The notes below the pieces were generated by a model that saw only the letters and a program-made list of their open reading frames with translations, ran no database searches and was not told the origin of the DNA. Positions 17,260 through 26,886 of a DNA stretch of 64,000 nucleotides are shown here, piece by piece (position 1 is the first letter of the stretch; the number at the start of each line of letters is the position of its first letter). The DNA lies in assembly GCA_035550695.1 (NCBI GenBank), contig DASZOS010000055.1, forward strand, positions 483-64,482, in the 5' to 3' direction. This DNA is from Burkholderiales bacterium (lineage in GTDB: Bacteria; Pseudomonadota; Gammaproteobacteria; Burkholderiales; SG8-39). The position numbers and the translations under genes were made by a program.

Positions 17260-17811
17260 ATGAAAATCCTCGGCATCTGCGGAAGCCTGCGCAAGGCCTC
17301 GTTCAACATGGCGGCGCTGCGCCAGTGCAGCGAACTGATGCCGCAAGGCATGGCGCTGCAGATCACCAGCCTCGCGGATCTGCCGATGTACAACCAGGAT
17401 GTGTTCGACGCCGGCATGCCGGAGCCCGTCAAACGCTTGCGCGCCGAGATCGCAGCCGCCGACGGCCTGCTCATCGCCAGCCCCGAGTACAACTTCTCGG
17501 TGCCGGCGCCGCTCAAGAACGCCATCGACTGGGGCTCGCGCGCACCCAACCAGGTGTTCCAGGACAAGCCGGTGGCGATCTTCTCCGTCACGACCGGGCC
17601 GGTCGGAGGGGCAAGAGTGCAGTACGACCTGCGGCGCATTCTCAGCCAGCTCTGGGCGCATCCCCTGCCGCGTCCCGAGGTATTCATCGGCAACGCCGCG
17701 TCGAAGTTCGACGCTCAGGGACGAATTACCGACGAGACCACGCGCAAGTTCCTGACCGACCTCCTCGCCGGCTTCAAGAACTGGGTGCTGCGGATGCAGC
17801 CTCGCAAGTAG
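17260..17811 (+). CDS. NAD(P)H-dependent FMN reductase (ChrR/SsuE-like flavodoxin fold)
   Basis: MKILGICGSLRKASFN and SPEYNFSVPAPLKNAIDW. Confidence 0.92.
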   Translation: MKILGICGSLRKASFNMAALRQCSELMPQGMALQITSLADLPMYNQDVFDAGMPEPVKRLRAEIAAADGLLIASPEYNFSVPAPLKNAIDWGSRAPNQVFQDKPVAIFSVTTGPVGGARVQYDLRRILSQLWAHPLPRPEVFIGNAASKFDAQGRITDETTRKFLTDLLAGFKNWVLRMQPRK

Positions 17812-17816
17812 CGCCC

Positions 17817-18341
17817 TTACTTCTTGTGGACCCAGTGGGCGTGGCGCGGCGCCTTCTTGGTCCGGGTCCATTCCTCCAGCATGGCCTCGCTCACCGAGGA
17901 AAGACGGCGTTGCATATCGGGCGTCATCGTGTCGACCGCGAGCTCGAGGCGGTGCCCGCTCGGGTCGAAAAAATAGATCGACTTGCAGATCCCGTGGTCG
18001 ACCGGCCCGAGCACCTCGATGCCGTGCGACTCGATGCGCGCCTTGTTGCGCATCAGCGTTGCCTCGTCGGGCACGCGCAGGGCAAGGTGCTGCACCCAGA
18101 GCGGCGTGCTCTCGTCGCGCCCCATCGCCGGCGACCCGGGAAGCTCGAAGAACGCGACGTAGCCTCCGTCGTCCATGCGGAAGAAGATGTGCAGGTACGG
18201 ATGCTCCTCGCCGGTGCTCGGCACCCGGTCCTCGGAAAGTGCCATTGCATACTCCAGGCCGAGCACCCTGGTGTAGAAGTCGGCGGTCTGTTTCGCATCT
18301 TTGCAGCGGTAGGCCACGTGGTGGAGCGACTTGATGTCCAT
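17817..18341 (-). CDS. VOC/glyoxalase family protein
   Basis: LHHVAYRC, QHLALRV and SIYFFDPSGHRLEL. Confidence 0.9.
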   Translation of the reverse strand: MDIKSLHHVAYRCKDAKQTADFYTRVLGLEYAMALSEDRVPSTGEEHPYLHIFFRMDDGGYVAFFELPGSPAMGRDESTPLWVQHLALRVPDEATLMRNKARIESHGIEVLGPVDHGICKSIYFFDPSGHRLELAVDTMTPDMQRRLSSVSEAMLEEWTRTKKAPRHAHWVHKK

Positions 18342-18386
18342 GGCGCCTTTTCCTCCGATTGCGAGCCGCGTATTCTAAGCACCCCC

Positions 18387-19067
18387 ATGCACCCGGCCGA
18401 GCTTCCCGCCGAGATCGTCGAGCGCCTGCGTCGCAGGCGCGGCAAGCTGCATCTGTTCGACGCTCTGCAAGCGCGGCGCACGGCCCTTGTGGTGATCGAC
18501 ATGCAGCGCAGCTTCGTCGCCGCCGGGGCGCCTTCGGCGGTCGCGACCGCGCGCGAGATCGTGCCCAACATCAACCGGCTTGCCGCGGCGCTGCGCGCCG
18601 CCGGCGGCCTCGTCGCCTGGGTGCAGGCCACCTACACGCGTAGCGGCCCGGGGTACTGGGCGCTCTTCTTCGACCACATGGTGAGCCCCGAGCTTTCGGC
18701 CGAAATCCTCGACGGGCTGACCGAGGGCTCGCCGGGCCATGCGCTGTGGCACGAGCTCGACGTGCAGCCCGGCGACCTGCGCGCGCGCAAGAACCGCTAC
18801 AGCGCCTTTTTCCCGGGCGCGAGCGAGCTGCCGCAGCTCCTGCGCAGCCGCTCCATCGACACCGTGCTCATCGCCGGAACCATGACCAATGTCTGCTGCG
18901 AGGCCTCGGCGCGCGACGCCATGATGGACGGCTTCAGGACGATAGTCGTGTCGGACGCCAACGCGGCGCGCTCGGATGCAGAGCACACCGCCTCGCTCGC
19001 CACCATCCTGCAGTTCTTCGGCGACGTGCGCAGCACCGACGAAGTGATCGGGCTGCTGCGAAAATGA
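18387..19067 (+). CDS. Isochorismatase-family cysteine hydrolase
   Basis: TALVVIDMQ, KNRYSAF and GTMTNVCCEASARDA (Asp-Lys-Cys triad). Confidence 0.92.
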   Translation: MHPAELPAEIVERLRRRRGKLHLFDALQARRTALVVIDMQRSFVAAGAPSAVATAREIVPNINRLAAALRAAGGLVAWVQATYTRSGPGYWALFFDHMVSPELSAEILDGLTEGSPGHALWHELDVQPGDLRARKNRYSAFFPGASELPQLLRSRSIDTVLIAGTMTNVCCEASARDAMMDGFRTIVVSDANAARSDAEHTASLATILQFFGDVRSTDEVIGLLRK

Positions 19068-19942
19068 AGCATTCGCTCGCCGCGATCGACTGCGTGGTGA
19101 ACCCGATCACGCCCGAGATCATGAAGCTGCGGCCGAAGTGGTCGCAGGAGTTCTGGACGAGGAAGATCGGCCGCGATTCGTCGCTCCTGCAGGGGGTGCC
19201 GGAGGAAAAGATGCTCGCGATGATGGACGAGGCGGGCATCGAGCGCGCTTTCCTCATCGCCACGAAGACCGGCCGCCTCGGGCTCCCGGGGAGCTGGCAC
19301 CTGCCCTACGAGGTGGTGCACAAAATGCTCGAGCGCCATCCCGGCAGGTTCCACGGCCTCGCCGGACTCGATCCGACGGAAGGCATGGCGGGCGTGCGCG
19401 CGCTCGAGCGCGCGGTGCGCGACTACGGCTTCATCGGCGCGCACATGTACCCTCACTGGTTCGAGCTCGCCCCCGACCATGCGCGCTGGTATCCCTTCTA
19501 CACGAAGTGCGTCGAGCTCGACGTCCCGGTGCAGATGCAGGTCGGCCAGTCGCTCATCTACACGCCGCAGCAGCGGCTGCGCAGCGTGGGCCGGCCGATC
19601 GCGCTCGACGCGGTGGCCTGCGACCTGCCGGAGCTCAGGCTCATCGGCATTCATGTCGGCATCCCCTGGACCGAGGAGATGATCGCCATGGCCTGGAAGC
19701 ACCCCAACGTCTACATCGGCTGCGATGCCCACAGCCCGCGCTACTGGCCGGCGGCCTTCGTGCAGTACCTCAACAGCTACGGGCAGGACAAGGTGCTCTT
19801 CGGCACGGACTTCCCGGTGCTCGACTTTGCCCGCACCCGCGAGGAGATCGAAGCGCTCGGGTTGCGGGAAGAGGCGAAGCGCAAGCTCCTGCGCGACAAC
19901 GCCATGCGAATTTATAAATTGACGGAAAAAGGGACAACATGA
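19064..19942 (+). CDS. Amidohydrolase_2 family protein
   Basis: YPHWF, LIGIHVGIPW, HPNVYI and KVLFGTDFP. ATGA overlap with the upstream gene. Confidence 0.88.
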   Translation: MKHSLAAIDCVVNPITPEIMKLRPKWSQEFWTRKIGRDSSLLQGVPEEKMLAMMDEAGIERAFLIATKTGRLGLPGSWHLPYEVVHKMLERHPGRFHGLAGLDPTEGMAGVRALERAVRDYGFIGAHMYPHWFELAPDHARWYPFYTKCVELDVPVQMQVGQSLIYTPQQRLRSVGRPIALDAVACDLPELRLIGIHVGIPWTEEMIAMAWKHPNVYIGCDAHSPRYWPAAFVQYLNSYGQDKVLFGTDFPVLDFARTREEIEALGLREEAKRKLLRDNAMRIYKLTEKGTT

Positions 19943-21078
19943 GGCGACTCGCTGCTGTTTTTCTATTTTTGCTCGTTTGCAGCGCCGGCGCGCAGGAGAA
20001 GCTCGCCGTCGGCATCATCACTTCACTCTCCGGGCCGATGGCGGCGCCCGGCAAGTTCCAGATGAACGGCTTTCGCCTCGCCGAGGAGGAGATCAACTCG
20101 GCGGGCGGCTTCAGCGTGGCCGGCAAGAAGTATCTCGTCGATCTCAAGGTCTACGACACGCGCGCCAACCCGGCCGAAGGCGCCTCGGCGATGCAGCGCC
20201 TCGCCACGGTGGACAAGGTGCCCCTGGTCCTGGGCGAGCTGCATAGCGGCGTCGCCGCGGCGGCCGCTCCGGTCGCGCAGGACTACGGCGTGCCGCTCAT
20301 CCTCACCATTCCGACCGGCCCGAACCTCACCGAGCAGGGCAACCGCTTCCTTTTCCGGGTGAACGCGAACAACGACCAGCTCACCCAGGCGCTGGCGGAT
20401 TTCATCTCGAAGCAGGGCTGGACCCCGCTTTCCTTCATCGCGTGGAACAACGACGCCGGCCGCGGCGGCGTGAACGGCATGAAGAAGCTTCTCGGCGAAC
20501 CGAGGATCGGCTACGTCGGCTACTTCAACGTCGGCGAGGTGGACTTCTCGAGCCACGTCTCCAACATCCGCGCCGGCAATGCGCGCGCGGTGATGCTGCT
20601 CATGGACGAGGAGCCGGGAAGCCTCGCGATCAAGCAGCTCCGCGACGCAGGCCTCAAGACCCAGCTCGTCGGCACGCTGGCGATGGGCTCGGACCGCTTC
20701 CTCAAGCGCCTGGACGCCCAGCGTCTCGCGGGCATGGTGCAGTACAACGCCTTCCCGCCGAACGCGAACGTTCCGGGGATCCGCGCCTTCAGCGAGCGCT
20801 ACCGCAAGAAGTACGGCGAGGAGGCGCACGGCTTCGCCGCGCAGTCCTACGACGGCCTGAAGCTCGCGGCGGCCGCCCTGGAGAAGGCCGGCAAGATCGA
20901 CGGCCGCGCGCTGCGCGACGCGCTCGCCGGGATCGAGTACCAGGGCGTCATCGGCCAGATCAGGTTCGACGCGAAGGGCCAGGCCCACCCGCCGGTGTAC
21001 GTCACCCAGTGGTGCGCCGACGGCAAGCGGCGCATCCTGTATCCGGAGAACCTGAAGGCCGACTGCGGCGCCGGCTGA
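19939..21078 (+). CDS. ABC transporter substrate-binding protein, LivJ/LivK-like
   Basis: Signal peptide, SLSGPMAAPG, AEEEINSAGG and YQGVIGQIRFD. Confidence 0.9.
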   Translation: MRRLAAVFLFLLVCSAGAQEKLAVGIITSLSGPMAAPGKFQMNGFRLAEEEINSAGGFSVAGKKYLVDLKVYDTRANPAEGASAMQRLATVDKVPLVLGELHSGVAAAAAPVAQDYGVPLILTIPTGPNLTEQGNRFLFRVNANNDQLTQALADFISKQGWTPLSFIAWNNDAGRGGVNGMKKLLGEPRIGYVGYFNVGEVDFSSHVSNIRAGNARAVMLLMDEEPGSLAIKQLRDAGLKTQLVGTLAMGSDRFLKRLDAQRLAGMVQYNAFPPNANVPGIRAFSERYRKKYGEEAHGFAAQSYDGLKLAAAALEKAGKIDGRALRDALAGIEYQGVIGQIRFDAKGQAHPPVYVTQWCADGKRRILYPENLKADCGAG

Positions 21079-21084
21079 TCCGGC

Positions 21085-21960
21085 GTGCTGTCGGCGGTTC
21101 TCGAGCAGACCATCAACGGCCTGATGGCCGGGTCGGTCTACGTCCTGGTCGCGCTCGGGATGGTGCTCATCTACGGCGTGATGCACGTGCTCAACTTCGC
21201 GCACGGCGTGCTGCTCATGGTGGGCGCGTACGCGTGCCACTTTTTCTTCACGCGCGCGACCGGCAGCTACCTCCTGTCCATCCTGCTCAGCGTCGTCGTC
21301 CTCGCCGTGCTCGGCATCGCGCTCGAGCGCGCGGTATTCCGCCCGCTGCAGGGAAACCTGCGCAACCAGGTCATCGCCTCGCTCGGGCTGATTCTGGTAT
21401 TCGAGAATCTGGTGGTCGCGCTGTGGGGGCCGAACGCGCTGCAGATGCAGGTTCCGGCCACCGCTTCGCTGGTGAGCGTCGGCGAGCTGCGCTTCCCGGT
21501 GCAGCATGTCCTGATCATCGCGGCGACGCTTCTCGTCGTGCTGCTCTTGTTCATTTTTCTCAAGACCTCGAAATTCGGCACCGCGATCCGCGCGACCAGC
21601 CAGGACCGCATGGCGGCCATGGTGGTCGGCATCCCGGTCGAGCGCATCGACTGGATGACCTTCGGCCTGGGGACGGCGCTTGCCGCGCTCGGGGGAGCGC
21701 TGATCGGGCCCTTGTTCCTCGTGTTTCCGCAGATGGGGGATGCGCCGATGGTGAAGGGCCTCGCCGGGATCCTGCTCGGCGGCATGGGCAGCGTGCCAGG
21801 CGCCGTGCTCGGCGGCTTCATCATCGGCATCGCCGAATCCGTGTCCACGCTCTTCCTGCCGACCGACTACCGCGACTCGGTGGCTTTCAGCGTCATGGTG
21901 CTCATCCTCCTCGCCTGGCCGCGCGGCATTTTCGGCGTGCAGGTGCGGGGCGAAGACTGA
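21085..21960 (+). CDS. Branched-chain amino acid-type ABC permease, LivH-like
   Basis: NGLMAGSVYVLVALGMVLIYGVMHVLNFAHG and LGGMGSVPGAVLGG. Confidence 0.92.
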   Translation: MLSAVLEQTINGLMAGSVYVLVALGMVLIYGVMHVLNFAHGVLLMVGAYACHFFFTRATGSYLLSILLSVVVLAVLGIALERAVFRPLQGNLRNQVIASLGLILVFENLVVALWGPNALQMQVPATASLVSVGELRFPVQHVLIIAATLLVVLLLFIFLKTSKFGTAIRATSQDRMAAMVVGIPVERIDWMTFGLGTALAALGGALIGPLFLVFPQMGDAPMVKGLAGILLGGMGSVPGAVLGGFIIGIAESVSTLFLPTDYRDSVAFSVMVLILLAWPRGIFGVQVRGED

Positions 21961-22880
21961 TGCGGTTGGCTCTTTCGCTCTTGCTGGCGGTTCTCCTCGC
22001 CGTGCCGTTCGTGGCGGAAAAGCAGCCCTATCTCCTGCATGTCCTCATCCTTTGCTGTCTGTATGCGATTCCCGCGGTCGGGCTGAACCTCATGCTCGGC
22101 TACACCGGGCTCGTGTCGCTCGGCCACATGGCGTTCGCGGGGGTCGGCGCCTATACGGCGGCGGTGCTAATGGTGGACGCGCGGCTCGGGTTCTGGCCCG
22201 CGCTCGCCGCCGGGGTTCTCGCCGCCGGCGCGGCGGGCGCCGCGATCGGCGCGATATGCCTGCGCTTCCGCACCCATTTCTTCATGATCGTCACGCTCGC
22301 CTTCGGGCTGATGCTCTACTCGGTGATGAACAACTGGGACGAGGTCACGCGCGGCGCGGCCGGGTTCCCGGGCATTCCGCGCCCTGCCCCGCTCGGCAGC
22401 TTCAGCTTCGGGCCGCTGCCGAACTTCTACTACCTCGCGCTCGGCGCGGCGGCTGCGGCCTTCGCCGTGCAGTGGATCGTGGTGCGCTCCGGGTTCGGCC
22501 GCGTGCTCGTAGCGCTGCGCCAGGACGAGCGGCTGGCGCAGGCGAAGGGCGTGAACACCATGCTCTACAAGACCGCCATCTTCGCGCTCGGCTCGGCGAT
22601 CGCCGGGCTGGGCGGCGTGCTGCAGGTGTCGTTCCTGCGCGTGGCCGCTCCGGCGAGCTTCAGCCTCGCCGAAAGCATCAACGCGGTGCTGATCGTGATC
22701 GTCGGCGGGGCGGGCTCGCTCGCCGGTCCGGCGCTCGGCGCGCTCGTGTTCGTCGGCCTGCCCGAGTACCTGCGCGTCGCCGCCGAATGGCGCCTCGTCC
22801 TCTTCGGGGTGATGCTGGTTCTCATCGTCCTTTTCGCGCCGCAAGGCCTGGCCGGGCTCGTGAAGAAAGCGCGCGCATGA
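21960..22880 (+). CDS. Branched-chain amino acid-type ABC permease, LivM-like
   Basis: GLNLMLGYTGLVSLGHMAFAGVGAY and IVGGAGSLAGPALGA. Confidence 0.92.
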   Translation: MRLALSLLLAVLLAVPFVAEKQPYLLHVLILCCLYAIPAVGLNLMLGYTGLVSLGHMAFAGVGAYTAAVLMVDARLGFWPALAAGVLAAGAAGAAIGAICLRFRTHFFMIVTLAFGLMLYSVMNNWDEVTRGAAGFPGIPRPAPLGSFSFGPLPNFYYLALGAAAAAFAVQWIVVRSGFGRVLVALRQDERLAQAKGVNTMLYKTAIFALGSAIAGLGGVLQVSFLRVAAPASFSLAESINAVLIVIVGGAGSLAGPALGALVFVGLPEYLRVAAEWRLVLFGVMLVLIVLFAPQGLAGLVKKARA

Positions 22881-23560
22881 TCGCGATCCGCGGCCTCTGC
22901 AAGCGCTATGGCGGCGTCGCGGCACTTTCGGACTGCGATCTCGAGATCGCCTCTCCCGGAATCTACGGCGTGATCGGGCCGAACGGCGCCGGCAAGACGA
23001 CGCTTTTCGACGTGATCACCGGGCTCACCGAGCCCGATTCCGGCACGGTGCTCCTCGACGGGCGCCGCCTCACCGGGCTCTCGCCGCACCGGCTCGCGCG
23101 CATGGGCATCGCACGCAGCTTCCAGGAGTGCCGCGTATTCCCGGAGTTCACCTGCCTGGAAAACCTGCTCTTCGGCGCCCGCGGCACGCACGACGAGGCG
23201 CTGCGCCTGCTCGAGCTCGTGAACCTGCAAGGCTACCGGGACGAGCCCGCCGCCAGTCTCTCCTTCGGCCAGCGCCGCCTGCTCGAGATCGTCGCGACGT
23301 TCATGCTGAAGCCGCGCATCCTGCTGCTCGACGAGCCCGCTTCCGGCGTGAACCCGGCCCTGCTCGATCTGCTCCTCGAATTCATCCGGCGCATGTACCA
23401 CGAGCGCCCGTGCCTGTACCTCGTGGTCGAGCACAACATGGAGTTCATCATGGCGCTCGCGGCGGAGATCGTGGTGATGCACCAGGGCGCGGTGCTCGAG
23501 CGCGGCAGCCCGCAGGCGGTGCAGGCGAGCCCGCGCGTCATGCAAGCGTATCTCGGATGA
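22877..23560 (+). CDS. ABC ATP-binding protein, LivG-like
   Basis: GPNGAGKTT, LSFGQRR and LLLDEP. Confidence 0.92.
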   Translation: MIAIRGLCKRYGGVAALSDCDLEIASPGIYGVIGPNGAGKTTLFDVITGLTEPDSGTVLLDGRRLTGLSPHRLARMGIARSFQECRVFPEFTCLENLLFGARGTHDEALRLLELVNLQGYRDEPAASLSFGQRRLLEIVATFMLKPRILLLDEPASGVNPALLDLLLEFIRRMYHERPCLYLVVEHNMEFIMALAAEIVVMHQGAVLERGSPQAVQASPRVMQAYLG

Positions 23561-24276
23561 GCGCGGCGGTGCTCGAAGTGAGAAGCTTGAGCGCGAGCTA
23601 CGGCGCGCGGCGCATCCTCGAGGGCGTGTCGCTGCGCGTCGGCGAGGCCGAGATCGTCACCGTCATCGGGCACAACGGCGCGGGCAAGTCGACGCTCCTC
23701 AAGTCGGTGTTCAATCTCGTTCCCCGGCGCTCGGGCGAGATCCGGCTGCAGGGACGCGACATCCTCGGGCTCGCGCCCGACCGCATCCTCGCCGCCGGCA
23801 TCGCCTACGTGCCGCAGAACCACAGCGTGTTTCCGAAGCTCACGGTCGACGAGAACCTGCGCATGGGCGGCTATCTCCTCGCCGACAAGGCGCTGCTCGC
23901 GGCGCGCATCGAGAAAGTACGCAGCCTCTTCCCGGTGCTTGCCGAGCGCGCGCGCCAGCTCGCCGGCACCCTGAGCGGCGGCGAGCAGCGCATGCTCGAA
24001 GTCGGGCGCGCGCTGCTCATGGATCCGAAGCTGGTGATGCTCGACGAGCCCTCGATCGGCCTCGCGCCGCGGATGGTGGACGCGGTCTTCCAGACGGTCG
24101 GAATTCTCAGGAATCAGGGCAAGGCGGTGCTGATGGTCGAGCAGAACGTGCGCAAGGCGCTCGCCGCGTCGGATCGAGCCTACGTGATGGAGCTGGGCGA
24201 GATCCGGCTCGAGGACGCCGCGCCCGCGCTGATCGGCGACCCGCGCGTCGCGCGCCTGTACATGGGGCGCCGCTAG
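23557..24276 (+). CDS. ABC ATP-binding protein, LivF-like
   Basis: GHNGAGKST, LSGGEQRML, MLDEPSIGLAP and VEQN. Confidence 0.92.
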   Translation: MSAAVLEVRSLSASYGARRILEGVSLRVGEAEIVTVIGHNGAGKSTLLKSVFNLVPRRSGEIRLQGRDILGLAPDRILAAGIAYVPQNHSVFPKLTVDENLRMGGYLLADKALLAARIEKVRSLFPVLAERARQLAGTLSGGEQRMLEVGRALLMDPKLVMLDEPSIGLAPRMVDAVFQTVGILRNQGKAVLMVEQNVRKALAASDRAYVMELGEIRLEDAAPALIGDPRVARLYMGRR

Positions 24277-25586
24277 CGGCGCAGGTCGACCACGCGCTTC
24301 AGCTTCCAGCTCGAGACGAATTCGCCCGGCGCCACGAATTCGACGAGCGGCGACACACCGGACGCCTGCTTTACCGTTTCGATCAGTCTTTTCTTCAGAT
24401 CGTCATCGGATCGCCCGGCGACCTTCACTGCGAACTTCTCTGTTTCGATCGTAAACTGAAATTCGCGAGCGCCGAGCACCGCTTCCGCCGCCTGCGCGAG
24501 AACGTCGGGATTGACGAGCGTTCCCTTGATTTTCAGGAGCGCATCGGCGCGCCGCGGCATCGTAGCGAGCCGCTCGGTCCACGATCCGCAATGCGGGCAG
24601 CGGCCGCTCGCGAGCACCGAGATGTCGCCCAGCACGTAGCGCAGCAGCACGGTGCCTCGCCGGCGCAGATGCGTAAGCAATACCAGCCCCGGAGTGCCTG
24701 CGGGCAGCGGCGCGTAGGTCTGCGGGTCGACGATTTCTATGTGGAACTGGTCCGGGGCCGGGTTGTGCAGGCCGCAGCCCGGCGCGCATTCGACCATGCC
24801 GCCCTGCATTTCGGTCGACCCGTACGAGACGCTGACCCAGGCGTCGGGCCGGCCGAGCCGCCGCAAGCCGGCGGTGAGCTCCTCGCGCGCGGGCTCGGTC
24901 ACGCCCTCGCCCGTAACGAAGGCGAGCCGCACCGCCGAAAGATCGGCGCCGGTTTCCGCGGCGCGCGCGACCACGCGGCGCACGAAGCTCGGCACGCCCC
25001 ACAGGATCGTGGCGCGGCTGCGCGCGACGATCTGCACCACGCCGTCGAGATCGGCGCCGAGCGTGAAATAGGGCGAAGGGTTGCCGGGAAGCGCGGCGAC
25101 CACGCGCAGCTTCATGGCTGCCGCGGCGTGCATCGCGCGGATGAAGGCGCCGTGCGGCACGGCGGTGAGCGGGAACAGGTTGGCGATGACGTCCTCGGGC
25201 CGCGCGCCGCGCAGGCGCAGCATGTTGCGGTTCGCTTCCAGGATTCGGAAGAAGTCGTACGTGGTGGAGACGAAGGGCGTCGGCCGCCCGGCGCTGGTGC
25301 CGGTCGTGTACATCACGTCCCACACCGTGCGCATCTCGGCGGGCAGCCCCTCGGCGTCCAGGCGGAAGGCGTCCGGGTCGGCCATGTACTCGCTTTTCAG
25401 CGTGGGCGGCAGCCGCGGCAGATCGGCGAGCGCAGCGAGATCGGCGCGCGCGATCCCGAGCGCCGCCATGCGGGCGCGCGTGCGCGGATGGCGCTCGGCG
25501 GCAAGATCCATCATTTCAGCGAAACAGCGGCCGCGCTCGGCCTCGATCGCCTCGCGCGGCGCATACAGCAGGTCGCTCACCGGCAT
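24273..25586 (-). CDS. Phenylacetate-CoA ligase-like adenylate-forming enzyme
   Basis: YTTGTSAGRP P-loop, YGSTE, LLRYVLGD and RADALLKIKGTLVNP. Confidence 0.85.
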   Translation of the reverse strand: MPVSDLLYAPREAIEAERGRCFAEMMDLAAERHPRTRARMAALGIARADLAALADLPRLPPTLKSEYMADPDAFRLDAEGLPAEMRTVWDVMYTTGTSAGRPTPFVSTTYDFFRILEANRNMLRLRGARPEDVIANLFPLTAVPHGAFIRAMHAAAAMKLRVVAALPGNPSPYFTLGADLDGVVQIVARSRATILWGVPSFVRRVVARAAETGADLSAVRLAFVTGEGVTEPAREELTAGLRRLGRPDAWVSVSYGSTEMQGGMVECAPGCGLHNPAPDQFHIEIVDPQTYAPLPAGTPGLVLLTHLRRRGTVLLRYVLGDISVLASGRCPHCGSWTERLATMPRRADALLKIKGTLVNPDVLAQAAEAVLGAREFQFTIETEKFAVKVAGRSDDDLKKRLIETVKQASGVSPLVEFVAPGEFVSSWKLKRVVDLRR

Positions 25587-25615
25587 AATCGCAGCTTACC
25601 CAACGGAGGAAGCGA

Positions 25616-26002
25616 ATGGACAAACGCGATCACAAGACGCGCTACGAGGCGGGCCTGAAGACGCGCGCCGAGGTGCTCGGCAAGCCCTGGGTGGAGAAAT
25701 CCATGGCAGCCGCGGACGAATTCAGCCAGGAGTTCGTCGAGCTGCTGAACACCTATTGCTGGAACGACATCTGGAACCGCCCGGGCCTGCCGCGCAAGAT
25801 GCGCTCGGTGCTCAACCTCGGCATGCTGTGCGCGCTCAACCGGGAGCACGAGCTGAAGCTCCACATCCGCGGCGCGCTCAACAACGGCCTCACCAAGGAC
25901 GAGATCAAGGAAGTGTTCCTGCAGGTCGCCATCTACTGCGGCGTGCCGGCCGCCGTGGTCGCCTTCCGCGCGGCGAAAGAGGTGTTTCAATCCGAAAAAT
26001 AG
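25616..26002 (+). CDS. Carboxymuconolactone decarboxylase family protein
   Basis: WNDIWNRPGL and ELKLHIRGALNNGLTKDEIKEVFLQVAIYCGVPA. Confidence 0.92.
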   Translation: MDKRDHKTRYEAGLKTRAEVLGKPWVEKSMAAADEFSQEFVELLNTYCWNDIWNRPGLPRKMRSVLNLGMLCALNREHELKLHIRGALNNGLTKDEIKEVFLQVAIYCGVPAAVVAFRAAKEVFQSEK

Positions 26003-26886
26003 CCTTCATCGGCCTGGGGACCATGGGCCAGCCCATGGCGGCGAACCTCGCGCGCGCCGGCTTTTCCATTCAGTCATTCGACAGGAATGGGAGCGGCAAC
26101 AGGAAATCCGCTCGCGAGGCGGCCGCGGGCGCCGAGGCGCTGATCACCATGCTGCCCGACGGTGACGCGGTGCGCGAGGCGGTGCTGGAAGCGCTCCCCG
26201 CGCTGCCTGCGGGCGCGGTGGTCATCGACATGAGCTCCGCCGACCCGGCATCGACGCGTGCGCTCGCGCCGGCATTGCGCTCGAAGGGAATAGAAATCCT
26301 CGATGCCCCGGTGTCGGGCGCGGCGGCCAAGGCGAAAAGCGGCACGCTCGCCATCATGGTCGGCGGCAACAGGGAAGTCTTCCAAAAAAGCGCTCCGGTC
26401 CTGCGCGCCATGGGAAAAGACCTCTTCCATGTCGGGCCGCTCGGCGCGGGACACGCGGTGAAGGCGCTGAACAACTATCTCGGCGCGGCGGGCACCCTCG
26501 CCGGCTTCGAAGCGCTTCTCGTGGCGCGGGCGTTCGGCCTCGACGCGCGCGCCATGCTCGCCGCGATCAACGCCTCGAGCGGCCGCAACAGCACCACCGA
26601 GCGCAAGATTCCCGAGCAGGTGCTGACCGGGGCCTTCGCCTCGGGCTTCAAGCTCGCGCTTATGGCGAAGGACGTCGGCATCGCCGCAGATCTCGCGCGC
26701 GACCTCGGCGTCGAAACGCCTTATCTCAAGGAGACGTTGCGCTTGTGGCGCGCCGCGCAGAAGCGGCTGCGCCCGCAAGCGGACCACACGGAGATATATC
26801 GCTTCCTGGAGCGATTGAACGCTCCATCTCGCGCCGCGCCCGCACCGCGGTCGAATTTGCGTCGTAAGCGACGTCGCTCCACCTGA
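25990..26886 (+). CDS. NAD(P)-dependent oxidoreductase, 3-hydroxyisobutyrate dehydrogenase family (start non-canonical or frameshift-linked)
   Basis: IRKIAFIGLGTMGQPMAANL, ILDAPVSG and GAGHAVKALNN. The first in-frame ATG (26023) lies inside the Rossmann motif. Confidence 0.85.
   Translation: MRKIAFIGLGTMGQPMAANLARAGFSIQSFDRNGSGNRKSAREAAAGAEALITMLPDGDAVREAVLEALPALPAGAVVIDMSSADPASTRALAPALRSKGIEILDAPVSGAAAKAKSGTLAIMVGGNREVFQKSAPVLRAMGKDLFHVGPLGAGHAVKALNNYLGAAGTLAGFEALLVARAFGLDARAMLAAINASSGRNSTTERKIPEQVLTGAFASGFKLALMAKDVGIAADLARDLGVETPYLKETLRLWRAAQKRLRPQADHTEIYRFLERLNAPSRAAPAPRSNLRRKRRRST

Noticed and set aside
15622..19063. Apparent fusion proteins in ORFs 15622-17811, 17325-19067 and 18746-19942 (likewise 20442-22880, 36490-38841, 50095-52755)
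   Set aside because: The ORF caller extended to the furthest upstream start. Homology begins only at the internal starts listed in the features.
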